In this document: positions 23,531-36,264 of the stretch, in pieces
Position numbering within the stretch: position 1 is the stretch's first letter
Layout of the letters: each line of letters starts with the position of its first letter
DNA from: Cyanophora paradoxa CCMP329
Taxonomy: Eukaryota > Plantae > Glaucophyta
DNA length: 64,000 bases
Assembly: GCA_004431415.1 (NCBI GenBank)
Contig: QPMI01000409.1
Coordinates: 248,001 to 312,000 of the forward strand
Direction of reading: 5' to 3'
Notes under the pieces: model-generated
Told to the model about the DNA's origin: nothing
Database searches by the model: none
The model's input: the letters and a program-made list of their open reading frames with translations, nothing else
Program-made: the position numbers and the translations under genes

Positions 23531-24235
23531 GGGTCTCGTGCATGCTTGACGAAGTAGCGGCGTGCGGCGGCGCTGTGCAGGGCCGTCAGCGGCCACCGGC
23601 CGGTGCGCGCGAGGCCTAGGGGGCCGGACGGGACCCGGCGCGCCTGCTACATGTACAGCTGCAGATGGCTGCAGATGCAGCCTTGGCTGAGAGCACGAGC
23701 GGTCAGCAATCCAACTTACTACGGTAGCTAGCCGCACGTATGCAGCGCCGCCTAACGCGTCGCCGAGCGCCGCTGGGGCGCTCCGACTGGGCAGTAGCCG
23801 CGGGGAACTGGGCATGGCCATGGGGGCGCGGCGAGAGCGGCCTTGCAACTTGCACCTTGCAGCTCGCTGCATGGGGAACCGCAGCCGTGCGGCCTGCGCA
23901 TGCCGGGCACTGCTGTGGGGGTAAGGCGAGACAACTTGGCAGGGGGGGGGTGAAAAGAGGGGGGCGAAGGTGCGGAGGGCCGGAGGCACCTTGAAGGGGC
24001 GCCGCCCTCTGTACCCCTGGGGCGCCGTTCGCCAACAAACACTGTCGAAGGGTCGCGGCTCTCGGAGGCCATCCGACGACTCATGATATGGACGCCCGGG
24101 ACTTGATCGCTGGCCTGCGCGGCGCCTCCGATCACTCACAAACGCCCTTATCTAGAGACGAGGCGCGCACCAGCCGAGGCCGAAGCCAGAGCTCGAGGCG
24201 CTTGCTGCTTCAGCGCACAGAGCTAGCACACATAA

Positions 24236-26928
24236 ATGCAGCGGCGAAGCGCAGCTGCGCTCTTCTTCGCGGTCGTGGTCGGCCTCATCGCTGCGGCGGC
24301 CGCCACGTCGTCCGCCACCGATGCCCTCGACGCGCGGATCGAGGAGATGGTGGCGAAGCGCGTCGACATGATCCTCGCGCTGCGAGGGATCCCCGCCGAC
24401 TCGCCCGCCGCCGAGTCCCACCGCCGGTGCGCCTGTTGCAGAACTTTGCGGGGCAAGGCGGCTCTTCGCTTGCGGCCTCCCTCCCGCGCTCCACGGCCAG
24501 CTAGCCCTTCGTTTCCCTTCAGACTCCGGATCCGATATATTTCCCGCGCCCGCGCGCACGCGGGGCCCTCGATTTCGCGCGCGCTGATCATGACTCGGGC
24601 GGGCCGCCGTTGCAATACAATGCCGCCCGCGTTTGAATTCTCCCTGCCCTCCTTCCTCTAATTTTTAAGCCGGAAGACTCCCATCCCCGCCGGGCCGCCG
24701 GTCGCCTGGCGTCGCGCTCCGGGCTCCAATCTTCCTAGGCCTAGGCCTCCCCGAGCCTCGATCTGACATAATCGCAGGCGCCTCTCCCAGGCTGCGGCTG
24801 CCCCTGGCCCTCCGGTCCGCTACCTGAACCCCGGCGCCGTCGTTGACGAGGCGGGCAACATCGTCGGCACCTCGATCCCTCCGCCGGACATGAACGACCC
24901 CGAGATCATCAAGCGCCTTCAGTCCAACTACGGCCTCAAGGACGAGCAGGTGCTTGCCTTCGCCGCGCTCTCGAGCTGCTCGAGCTCGAGCTCCGGCCTC
25001 AGAAACTGACCTTGTGGCGCGCGTGTACGCCAGGTCGCCGCGGGCGCCATCGATTGCTCGAGCGGTGTCACCTGCAGCATCTGGGGCGCGAACGAGTTCG
25101 TCATTACGTGCGTGCATTTATCGCTCTTTGATCTAGGTATCGATTCGACGAGCACCGACGCCCGCCCGCGCGCAGCTCGGCGGACGCGGCCGCGGCGAAC
25201 ACGCTCGGCGTTGTCAACACGGGCGACACGGCGTGGCTGCTCACCTCGACGGCCCTCGTTATGATCATGACCCCCGGCCTCGGCCTCTTCTACGCCGGCA
25301 TGGCCGGCGCCGAGAACGCCGTCAACACGGTTAGCCTTTAATCTGCCCCGCCCGCGCGGCAGACGCTGACGGCGCCTCGCGCGCGGTACGCGCAGATCAT
25401 GATGTCGTTCGTGTCGATGGGCATCGTGACGGTGCAGTGGGTCGTCATCGGCTACTCGTTCGCCTTCGGGCCGGGCACGCGCGGCTTCGGCTCGTTCCGC
25501 TGGGTGGCCCTCACCATCGTCGGGCGCCTGCCCTCGTCGATCTACGCGCCGACGAGCCCGCACTACGCCTTCGTGGCCTTCCAGTGCATGTTCGCCCAGA
25601 TCACCCCCGCCCTCATGTCCGGCGCCGTCGTCGGCCGCATGAAGTTCTCCGCCTGTGCGCCCCCGCCCCGCCCCGCTGCCCGCCTCCGCCCTCTCTGACG
25701 GCCCGCTCTCCCGGCCCGCCGCGCAGACGTCATCTTCATTCTCGCCTGGACCACCATCTGCTGTGCGCCCCGCCCCCGCGCCCTCGTCTCCATTCCGTCC
25801 CCCGCTTGACGCCCCCGCCCGCCGGCCCGCAGACGACGCGCTCGCGCACTGGGTGTGGGGCTGGGTGGAGGACGGGCTGGGCACGTCGCGGGGCTTCCTG
25901 GCGCAGCTCGGCGCCCTCGACTTCGCCGGCGGCACGGTCATCCACATCTCCTCGGGCTGGTCCTCCCTCGTCGCCGCCCTCATCGTCGGCAAGCGCCGCC
26001 ACGGCCCCACCCACGTCACCGCCCACAACGCCCCCATGTGCCTCATCGGCGCCACCCTCCTCTGGTTCGGCTGGTTCGGCTTCAACGGCGGCTCGGCCTG
26101 GAACGCCGCCGACATCGCGTCGCTCGCCTGCCTCAACACGCACATCGCCGCCGCGTCGGCCCTCTGCGCGTGGCTCCTCATCGAGGTGATCGTGGACAAG
26201 CACCCGTCGGCCGTCGGCGCCTCGGCCGGCTGCGTCGTGGGCCTCGTGTGCATCACGCCGGGCGCCGGCTTCGTGACCCCGATGGCCTCGATCGCCATCG
26301 GCGTGATCGGCGCCATCATCTCGTTCGGCGCCGTCATGCTCAAGAAGCACGTCATGAAGATCGACGACACGCTCGACGTGTGGGCGTGCCACGGCGTCGG
26401 CGGCGTGACGGGCGCCTTCCTGACGGGCCTCTTCTCGAACGAGTGGTCCAACCCGTGGAACGCGAAGGACCACGACGGCAACCTCTACTACGTCGCCAAG
26501 GGCGCCTTCTACGGCCGCGGCGTCCTCCTCGGCTACCAGGTCGCCGGCATCGTCGTCGGCATCGGCTACGCGATGGCCTGCACGGCCGTCATCCTCTTCG
26601 CGCTCAAGTACACGATCGGCCTGCGCGTCTCCGAGGCCGCCGAGAAGGAGGGCCTCGACGTCTCGGTCCACGGCAACGCCGGTGCTTAACTTGATTTCTC
26701 TCCCCGCTTTGATTGTCTCTTCCTGACCGCGCCCCGGGCCCTGCAGGGTACGACCATATGCAGCAGAACTTCGGCGCCGTCTTCGGCATGGGCGGCTCCA
26801 AGCAGGGCGGCGACCAGAACATGTGGACGGCCGGCGACGCCAAGCCGATGTCGGGCAGCAACGGCATGGTCTCCCACGTCGTACCCGTGCAGATGGGCGG
26901 CCCGGCGCCCGCCCAGCTCCACCCCTGA
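24236..26928 (+). CDS. AMT: Ammonium transporter, AmtB/AMT2-type, with signal peptide and N-terminal extension
   Basis: [68 protein letters not shown] and [15 protein letters not shown] (both pore His present). Upstream exons begin [23 protein letters not shown]. Confidence 0.93.
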
Positions 26929-28051
26929 GCTCTAGCAAGGCCTTCCACTACCTAAGCCCTCGCGATCGGGCCCGCGGCCGTAGCCGGGCGATCAACATAC
27001 ATTTCTTTCAATTATTAGCAAGACTTAGTTGCTATTGGATTCGCTACTGCTTCGCAGTTCTAGTCGCGCCCGGCTCAAGCGCTAGCTTAGACCAGCTAGA
27101 TGCTCGATCCCTAGGAAATTTCAACCCTACGTATACGAAATTCGCGCTCAATTCAATTAGAATTCGCGCATTTGCAAATACTCGTGTAAGATAGTATATA
27201 AGTAGGCCTACTCTCTAGATATTCGGATTCGCTCCTGTTGTACTCGATCTCTTTCAAGTCATGTTAATCATGAATCAATGACTAACTTTTCAAAGTTTGA
27301 AATCACGTCGCAATCTTAAGGTCCTGGATCTCCAGGGCCAGAGCTCTATAGCTAGTGAAGCATGGAGGCTGCGGCCGGGGCCCGGGCACTGCAGCTGCTT
27401 AAGCTTGAGCGTGACGGTTGCTTTTAATGGGCCCGGGAGTTGCGTTGTGATCACGCCTTAGCTTGATCTCAGTCTCATAATCCTGAGTCCGATGATCAGA
27501 GTCTGGTCGTTGCCCTCTCTGTCCGGTCCACGGGCCCCCGGGCCCCGCGGCCGGCCGCGGGGCGCGGGGCCGGGGGAGCTCGAGAGGCTAGCTATATATA
27601 TAGGCCCCCCCCTAATTCGAAATTCATCTATGTATGCATATCATTGTACGCTCGCAAAGATCTAGAGACCCATATAGCTAAATCTACGTGCACATAAACT
27701 ACAACTTGGCAATGAATGTATACGTATACGTACTAGTACTTGCAAATTACAGAAGGCTCTAGCGGTTCACACGATCGATCAGCAGGAGCTCAAAAAGAGG
27801 AAGGTTCTGCGGATCATTTCATGCCTTAGATGGGCTGATCGCATCTGCGGAAAGCGCGCGATCGACCCGAAGATTGCATGCGAAAGCGCTAGCTATGTAT
27901 TTAGCTAACAAGCTTGAAGAGATCAACCGGCTCTAGATCTAGATCTCCACGGCGGAAACACTCAGGATTCGAAGTGAAGATGGCCCAGAAAAGGGTGGAT
28001 CCGGAGCGGGGGGCGGTGCGGGGCCCGGGGCTCGGGTGGCTAGGCGGCTGG

Positions 28052-31000
28052 CTAGGCGGCCTCGGGCGGGGGCGCGCCGGCCTCGGGGGGCATGCCCAGG
28101 CACTCGCGCATGCGCCGCACCAGCGACTCCATCTTCACCGGCTGCGCCCCCGGCCCGGCCCCACCCGCGTCAGCCCTCCCCCATCCTTCGTCCCTCTCCA
28201 CCCTAGAATCGCGTGGAGGGGTTCGAGGAGGCAGAGAGAGGGCGGGGGCACCTTGGAGCAGAAGAGCTGCATGCCGGCCTTGCTGGCGGCGTCGCGGTCC
28301 TCGGCGGTGCAGTTGGCGCTGACGCCCACGATCGGCACGGGACCGGGCGCGAGCTCGCCGGCCGCCTCGAGCCGCCGTATCTCCCGCGTCGCCCCCAGCC
28401 CGTCCAGCACCGGCATCTGGGGGGGGGGGGGGGGGGGGGAGGGGGGGCTTAGGGGTGGCAGCAGGGGGTACGGGTTCGCCGCGGGCACCTGGATGTCCAT
28501 GAGGACGAGGTGGAAGGGCTCGGGCGGGCCCGCCCCCGCGTCCCACACGGCCGCCGCCCCCGCGTTCGGGCCCGGCTGCGCGGCGCGCTCAGCGGGAGGC
28601 GGCGCTCGACTACTCCCGCCCTTGGCGGCTTCTCTGAGCGGGGCGGGGCGGGGCGGGGGCGCGCCTGGGATCTGAGGAGGGCGTCGATGGCCTGCTGCCC
28701 GTCCTCAGCCATCGCGAAGCGGCACCCGATCCGCGCCAGCAGCTTCCCCAGCACCAGCCGGTTCTGCAGGAGGGGGGGGTCTCGCAAAGGGAGGAGCTCC
28801 ACCGCCCCGCGCGGGGCGGGGCGGGGCGGGCGGGCGCACGAAGGGGTTGTCCTCGGCGCAGAGCACGTTCGCCTCGGCGAGGGTGCGCGGCGGCGCGGGG
28901 CCCGGGGAGGGCGAGGCGGAGGGGAGGGCGGCGGGGCGCCCTCCTGCCCGGCGGCTGCCTCGAGGAGCGAGGCGGCGCCGGCGAGCGGCTCCGGGGCGGT
29001 CGCCGCGGCGAGCTCCGACGCCACGCTCGACGAGGCGGCGAGGCGCTGCCCCCGCTCGCCCTCCTCCCGCGCTGCGCGAGCGTGGGCGGGGCGAGTGGCG
29101 AGTCGGGAAGGGGGGAGGGAGAGGGGCGGACGGGCGCCGGCGGCGAGCTCGAGCATACGGGAGACAAGCCTCTGCAGCTCCGCGAGCTGTCGCGGGGGCG
29201 GGCCTCAGGGCGGGCGGAGAGAGGAGGGCGGGGAGAGGGGCGCGGGGGGCACGTGGAAGGGCCGCTGGAGGGAGAGGGGCGGCGGGGTCGAGGCTGGTCG
29301 GGGAGTGGGGGACGCTTGGGGGGTCATCATCAGGGCTGGCCCTGCCCCTGCCCGTGCCGCCTCCGCAGCGACGTGCTCCGCGAGCTGCGAGCGACGCGCG
29401 CTGAGGGCCCGAGGGCGGGGGGCCGGGGAGGGCGCCGCGCACGCCGGCTCCAGGGGCGACGAGGCGCGCGAGGCGGTGCCCGCGACGGACGGGCGCCGCT
29501 GGCCCCGCTGCCAACGACAATTGAGGCGGGGGAGGGGCGGGAGGGGGGCGGGGCGGGCCTGGGCGACGATGGCGAGGGGCACGACGATCTGGCGGCCCGC
29601 CGCGGTGGCCGCGGGGCGCGAGATGGGCAGCTCCCCGGCGCCCCCGAGGCCTGCCGCCCGCCCGCCCCGCCGGCGGCTCGGCACGGGGGCGGGGTGGCGG
29701 GTGCGGAGAGGGCGGCCCAGGGGCGGACCGGCGATGGATGCGGCGGAGGCGTCGGCGAAGGCGAGGAGGGTGGCGGGGGCGCCCCCGGGGCCCGCCCCCG
29801 CCCCCGCCCCCGCCTCAAGCTCCCGCTGCGCCCACGCCGTGACCTGCCAGAGCAGAGAAGGGGTGAGGGGGCGAGAGGCGGCAGAGTGGCGGGGCGGCGG
29901 GCGCCTCGTGGAGGGAGGAGAAGGTGAGGACGGCGGGGGCGGGAGGCGCCCCGGCCCCCGAGGGCGCCCAGCGCCTCCGCCAGCTGCGGCGCGCCCTCCG
30001 TCACGGCGGGGCGGGGGCGAGGGGCGAGCGGGCCCGGCGCACCGCCTCGGCGACGACGGGCGGGCGGCGACGGCGCAGCGGAGCGGGGCGGGGGCGGGGC
30101 CCAGGGCCCCGCCCCCGGCCCCGGCCCCGCGCCGGCTTCAGCGGCACCGCGAAGAGGAACTGCGGGACGGAGGGGAGGGGAGGGGGCGTGAGAGGAGGCG
30201 GAAGGAAAAGGCGGAGGCGGGGGGAAGCAGGGGGGTACGGTGGAGCCCTCGCCGAGGGCGCTCTCGACGTTGATGCGGCCGCCCATCTCCTGCACGACTG
30301 CGCCGCACAACGGAGGAGGGCGCGTCGGGGCACGCCCGCTGGGGGGAAGAGGGGCCCGGGGCGGGGCGGGGCGGGGCGGACTGGTCGAGGAGAGGGCGAG
30401 GCCGAGGCCGGTGCCGCCGTACTTGCGGGTGATGGTCGCGTCGGCCTGCACGAAGGGCTGGAAGATCGCCGCCTGCTGCTCCGGCGCCACCCCGATGCCT
30501 GCGCCGCGCCGGGGCGTCACGCGCGTCACGCTCCGCTGCGCCCGGGGGCGGGGGCGGGGCGGGGGCGGGGGCGGGCCCTCGTCGCTGACGGCGAACTCGA
30601 TGCGGTGGAGGCCGTCCCCCTCGGGCGCCCCCGCCACGAGCAGCGCCGAGCCGCCGCCGGCGCGCCTCGCCCCCGCGAGCTCGACGGCCTCCGGCGGCGC
30701 CAGGCTCCGCTCCAGCGTCTCCTCCTGCCCCGCCCCGCCGCCGCCCTTGCCACCGGGCCCCGCCGGCGGCGGCGGCGGCGAGACGCGGGCGGCGGACATG
30801 ATGAGGCCCCTGCGGGGCGGGAAGGGACGGGGCGCCGGGGCCCGCCCCGCTGGAGAGGGAGAGGGCGCGCGTGAGGCGCGAGAGGGCCGGTGTCTTCGCC
30901 GTCTGCCGCTCGCCGCCTGCGCCGGCGGCGAGGGGGCGGGGGCGGCGGTGGGCGCCGGGGCGAGGGCGGGGGGCTCGGCGGCGACGTCGGCGCCCATGAC

Positions 31001-32043
31001 CTCCTCCACCAGCGCGCTCTGCCCCCGCGCCCCGCCTCAGATCGGGCGGGGCCAGGCCGGGCGGGATGGGCGGGGGCGCCTGGGAGCGGTGGCGGGGCCG
31101 GTAGTCGGCGTTGGGGCCGGCGAGGGAGACGCGCAGGGTGACCGTGCCGCCGGGCTTGGAGAACTGCGCGGCGGCGCTCGCGTCGCGAGGCGGCGGCAGG
31201 CGGGGCGGAGGCGCTGGCGGGCCTTCACGGCGTTGGAGAGGAGGTTGAGCTGCGGGGGCGTGAGCCGGGGGCATCGCTGCGCCGGGGCCGCCGGGGCGGG
31301 GGGTACGCGCCAAGACTTGGCGGAGGCGCAGGGAGTCGGCGCAGACGCGGCGCGGGAGGCCCGGGCCCCAGCGCGTGATGACGTCCACGCCTGCGCCCCC
31401 GCGAGCTCCCCGTGAGCCCCCCGGTCCCGCGTGCTTTCTGGCCCGCCGGGGCGCACCGCGGGCGTTGGCGCCTATGACGACGAGGTCCGCCGAGTCCTCC
31501 ACCATCTGCGAGGCGCCGGCGGCAGCCGTGAGCGCGGGCTCGCCTGCGCGGGCCGGGGCGGGCCGCGCCTCACGCAGGTCGAAGTCCTCGTCGCAGAGGA
31601 TCTGCCGGGGGCCGGCCGGGGCCTCAGCGGGGTTGGCGGGGCGGGGCCGGCGGGGCGCGGGGAGGGCGGGGGGCGCGCCATGCGGCCCGACTTGATGCGC
31701 TCCCAGTCGAGGATGTCCGCTGCGGGGCGCGAGCCGCGTCGACGTCGGCCCCCGCCCCGCCGGGCCCGCGCGATGGGGGGCGGCGGGGCGGCGGGGCGCA
31801 CAGATCACGTCCACGAGAGTCCCGCTCGCCTTGCTGATGAGCTCCGCCAGCCTGCCGCGGGCCCGCTCGCCGGTGCCCAGCAGGCGGGCGGGAGGGGCGG
31901 GGGCCGGCCGGCGGGGGCGCACTCGGTCTGGTCGGGGGAGAGGCCCGTCTCGCGCAGGAGGCTCGCGCAACCGACGATCCCCTGCCCGCCGCCTTCAGGA
32001 AGCCTCCGGGGCGAGGCGGGGGCCTGGGATGGGGCGGGGCGGA

Positions 32044-32078
<35 letters not shown>

Positions 32079-35000
32079 CGGATGAAGTTGTTGCGCATGC
32101 GGAGGAGCGCCCGGGCCTCCGCGTAGTGCGCCGCCAGCCCCCGCACGATGAACTCTGCCCGCCGCGCCTCCCATGAGCGCCCCCGCGAGAGGGAGAGGAA
32201 AGGCGCCGGGCGGCTGAGGGCGCGTCTAGCAACAACGCTCTCTTTCCTTCCTTCCTTCCTTCCTTCCGTCTTTCCCCCGACGCTCGGCAGCCGCGCTCTC
32301 TAGGACGAGCTCCCTGGAGGAGGGCGGCGGGGCGCCTCGCACCGTAGAAGATGTTCTCGATCTCGAGGAGCTCCACCAGTTTGAGGCCGGCGAGGCGGCG
32401 GCGCAGGGCCGCCCACGCCCGCCCCAGCCGCGAGGGCGGCTTCTTCGAGCTCGCGGGGGCCCGGCTCGAGCGGGCCGAGGCCGGCCGCGAGGCGGCGGCC
32501 TCCAGGGGCGAGAGCTCGTCCGCGCCCCCGGCCCCGGCGGCCGCCGCGTGGCCCTCCACCGCGCTCGGCGCCGCCAGACCCTCCATCTGCGGCCGGCGGG
32601 CTCGTAAGGGAGGAGAGAGGCGGGGCGGGCGGGGGCCGGGGCGGACGCGGCGGAGAGGTGCTGGAGGGCCGGGAGACGAGGTGCGCGAGGCCGAAGGCCC
32701 CCGCAACGCCCACCAGCTGCCCCCGCCCCGCCCCCTCAGCACTCCACGCGCCGCCCCGAGGGGAGCTCCCGCGCCCCTCCCCGCCCGCCCCCGGCGCCCA
32801 GTTGCAGCACGCGCAACGGGCAGCGCGGCGCGGGCGCCCCGCCCCGCCCCGCGCACCGTGGCGGCGATTGCGATGGCGCCCGTCACGAGCGCCGTCTTCA
32901 CCGCGTTCGGCGTGAACGAGCTCTGCCCCCGGCCCCGCCCCGCCCCTGAGCGGGCTTGTTTTGGGCGGGGGGCCGGGGCGCACGCGAGCGATGGCGGAGC
33001 AGACGAGCCAGCTGGGGCCGTCGGGGAGGCTCGTCACGTCGAAGGCCTGCGCCCGCGCCCGCGCTCCGGTGAGAAGGCGCCGCAGAGGCGCCTGAGGCCG
33101 CCCTGACGGCGGGCCGGCGCGCCTGGACGATGTAGCCGCTGCCGACGCCCCCCGAGGCGTCGATCGTCCGCGCCGACGTCGGCACGGCGTCTGCGGCGAG
33201 GCGAGGCGAGCCGGGCGTCAGCGGCGCGCAGCGCGCGGGGGCGGCGCGGCGGGCGGGCGCGCCGAGGGAGCCGTAGGCGTTGAGAAGGCGCTGCGACATG
33301 GCCCGGATCACAGGGTCCACCTGCGCCCCTCTCAGGCCCCCGAACGAGAGCCCGGAGCACGCTCCGGCTGCAGCAGTTATGGGGCGGAAGGGGGGGGGGG
33401 GGGGGGGGGGGGCGGGCCTCGGGGTCGGAGGGCTTGAGGCGGCGGCTGCCGGCGGTGACGGCGCCGCGGCTCGAGGCGATGAGGACGCCCGTCTTGCGCT
33501 CCACGATGAAGCTGCGCGCCGGCGGTCAGCCCAGCGAGCCGCCCACGCACGCCCCGCCCTCCCGCATGCTCCTGCTCCCCCGCCCTCGCTGCTATCGTCC
33601 GTGTGCTGCCCGCGCAGCTGGCCGCAGAGGCGCCGGCGCCTTCGCCCCTTGCCCACGCGCGGGGCGGGGCGGGGCTGGCCTGGTGGTGTCGAGGGCGCCG
33701 AAGGAGAGGGACTCGAGGGCGGCGGTGAGCTCCTTCGTGAAGTAATGGGTGGCGACGTAAGCTGCGAAGTCCCCCTTCGAGTCGTACACGTTCGCGCACG
33801 CGATCACCGCCAGCAGGCCCCCCACCGCCGAGTCTGCGGGGCGCGCCGGCGCCGCCCGTCAAGCGGCGTCCCGCATGCGACGGCCTCTATGTAATACATC
33901 GAGCCGGAGAGATTGGAGTGATGCTGTTGCGCGCTGGATGTGCGCGCTCGTGCGGGCTAGATGTGAGGGCGGGCGGGGCGGACACTCGTCGGCCCAGGCG
34001 GTGGCGCGGTCCGCGGGGGCGAGCTCCTGGCAGGCCGCCCACCACACGAGCCGCTTCGAGTCGATCCGCGACTGGTTCCGGTACGGCCGCCCTGCCGGCG
34101 CCCCCGCCGCGTCCACGTCGTAGCTGCGCGCCGCGCGCCCCCGCCATCAGCGCCCCGGGCCCGCGAGCCTGAGCCGGCCCAGGGTCGGGCCCCGCCGCAC
34201 AAGAGCAGATCCGAGATGCCCGGCTGGGCCTTGATCACCAGGCTCCTGCGCGGCCGCGGCCCGATCCGTCGTCGGCCGGCGCCGGTTAACCCCTCGAACA
34301 GGGGCCGCGCACCACTCCGTGGTACCCCCCGAGATGCCGGAGATGTACCCCACGAACTGCCCGTTCGGAAAGGCGACGCGGACTCCACCTGGAGCCGGCC
34401 GGCCACCTCGGCGGGGGTACGCAAGATTTGGAGGCGCGGGGAAGGGGGTACGCGGACTCAAGGACTTGGAGCGGACGACGCCTAGGTAGTCCGTGAGGCG
34501 CCGCCACAGGTGCTGCCTCACGCCTGCGGCCCCGCCCGCGCGCGTGGGCCCGCGCATTCGCGCCGAGAGAGGGCGGGGTACCCCCGAGGAAGTCCTTCAG
34601 GTCGGGTATGTGGTTCTCCGCCACGTCCGTCGCCACTGCGGGCGGGCCACGCCTCGCACGAGGCGCGCGCCCGTGGCCGGCCGGCGCGGCCCGGGGGCGC
34701 GCACCGAGCATGTGGACGCTGCGGGCCGTGCGCATGAGCCGCCCCTCGATTGCGTCGCTGATGCGGGAGATGAGGCCCTGCGGGGCCCCGGGCGGCGGCA
34801 TCAGCACATCAGCATCGGCGGCGGCGAGGCGGCGGAGGCGGCGGGCGGCCCGCACCGCCTGCTCCACCTCCAGGATGTCGTCGATCACTGCGTTGAGGGC
34901 GGCGCCGGTACCGGTGAGCGGCGAGCCCCTTCCAAGCAAGCAGCGCCGCGGCGGCGGCAGCAGCGGCGGCGAGCGCACTGTTCGAGCTCATCACGAAGGA

Positions 35001-35154
35001 GGAGGCCCAAATGGCGACCGAGGTCGACCTGTTGGCGGCCGGGCCGCTCGCTCGGGGCGGCGCGGGGCGGGGCGCCGGGGCAGGGCGGGCGAGAAGCGCA
35101 CAGAACGAGGCAGGCGAGGGGCACGGTCAACGCGACCGAAAGCTTGAGCTTCAT
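28052..35154 (-). CDS. Membrane hybrid histidine kinase (TM - Cache-like sensor - TM - HisKA - HATPase - receiver)
   Basis: H-box FIRNMSHEIRTPLN, N-box NLLSNAVK|F, VSDE|GIG, IFQPFVQAD, RKYGGTGLGLALS. Receiver motifs LCAEDNP, LVLMDIQ|MPVLDG, VSAN, SK|PV. The N-terminal TM MKLKLSVALTVPLACLVL and a second TM near 32860-32900 flank an extracytoplasmic domain. Confidence 0.9.
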
Positions 35155-35711
35155 GGCGCCGCTCTCTCCTCTATGAGAGGAGGAAGGCGGCCCACGGCCC
35201 GCGGTCAGCGGCTGCGGCGCGGGAGGCCGAGTCCGCGCACCGCTTAGAATTCTGAGAACAAGCGCTTGAATGGGTCAGCGGCTGCAGCGCAGAGCCGATG
35301 TACGCCTGGCTGCCGCTCCGCGCGCCGAGCTGTCTACAGCGACAGCACGCCCCTCACGGTAGCTCTGCAAGCTGCATTCTTTGGTGCACGCTATCTGATG
35401 CTTGCAGAAGAATGCTGAAGCCGAATATCTGCGAGGCGTGTCAGCGCTCGTCCTGCGAGAGAAGCCGAACCGAGCACTGCGGGAGCTGCTGCATCCAGCA
35501 AGTACTGGTATCGCACCATAGCTTCAACTGCTGTATATGTGCAGCGTCACCGTCTGGGCATCTATACCGCCTGCGCAAAGCTCAGCGGCTCGCTGCTTGT
35601 CTCAGGCGGGTTCCGCGGCAATGTACATGCACGACTAGCTACTACGTACTAGTGCACTAGCCCCCCGCGGCCGGACTCGGCGCGGCTAGCGCTCCGGCGC
35701 GCCCGGCGGGG

Positions 35712-35761
35712 CTCGGCGAAGGCTTTGCGTCACGTTCTCGGCGAAGGCTTTGCGTCACGTT
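35712..35761. repeat. 25-bp tandem duplication inside an ACGT-rich intergenic tract
   Basis: CTCGGCGAAGGCTTTGCGTCACGTT occurs twice. Confidence 0.85.
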
Positions 35762-36264
35762 CGCGTAACGTGTAACCCCAAATCCACGTCACGGACGCAC
35801 ATCGTGGGTACGCGTACGTATGTACGCCTCCTTACGCGTACCACGCGCGGCACCGGTACCGTGGGCCATGCCGCCATGGTACGTTGTCATACCATCATGA
35901 GCGAACTGCGCATGCCGCGGATGCTAGCTGCAGAAGCTCGAGAGAAGGGCCGCGCCTGCGAGAAGCCTGCAGAAGCCTGCCAGAAGGCGCTGGGGGGGGT
36001 ACAGTCTTCATCCGCGCCAGCTCGGAGCGCGCGGGGGCTCGGAGCGAAGGGGAATGGAGTTCGTGCATGTCGTTAAGCGCGAGGATGCAATCACAGGCTA
36101 CAGCCTTGTTGGCCAGCTGGTGCGCCGTTCAAACTGTTTGCCGCCGCCCGCCGCCAGGGCATGCCAGCTCTCGGATATCGGCACCGACCCACCGCCGCCA
36201 TCGAACTTCAGTAGCGACTGGGCGAGGAGACCGCTGTGTCGAGGCCCTTAGTGATGCTGCCTAG

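Noticed and set aside
24928-26481. 517-aa antisense ORF over AMT
   Set aside because: Shadow frame of a GC3-biased coding strand.
27542-27600. Helitron 3' end (GC hairpin + CTAG)
   Set aside because: The spacing is atypical and no 5' end or second copy is visible.
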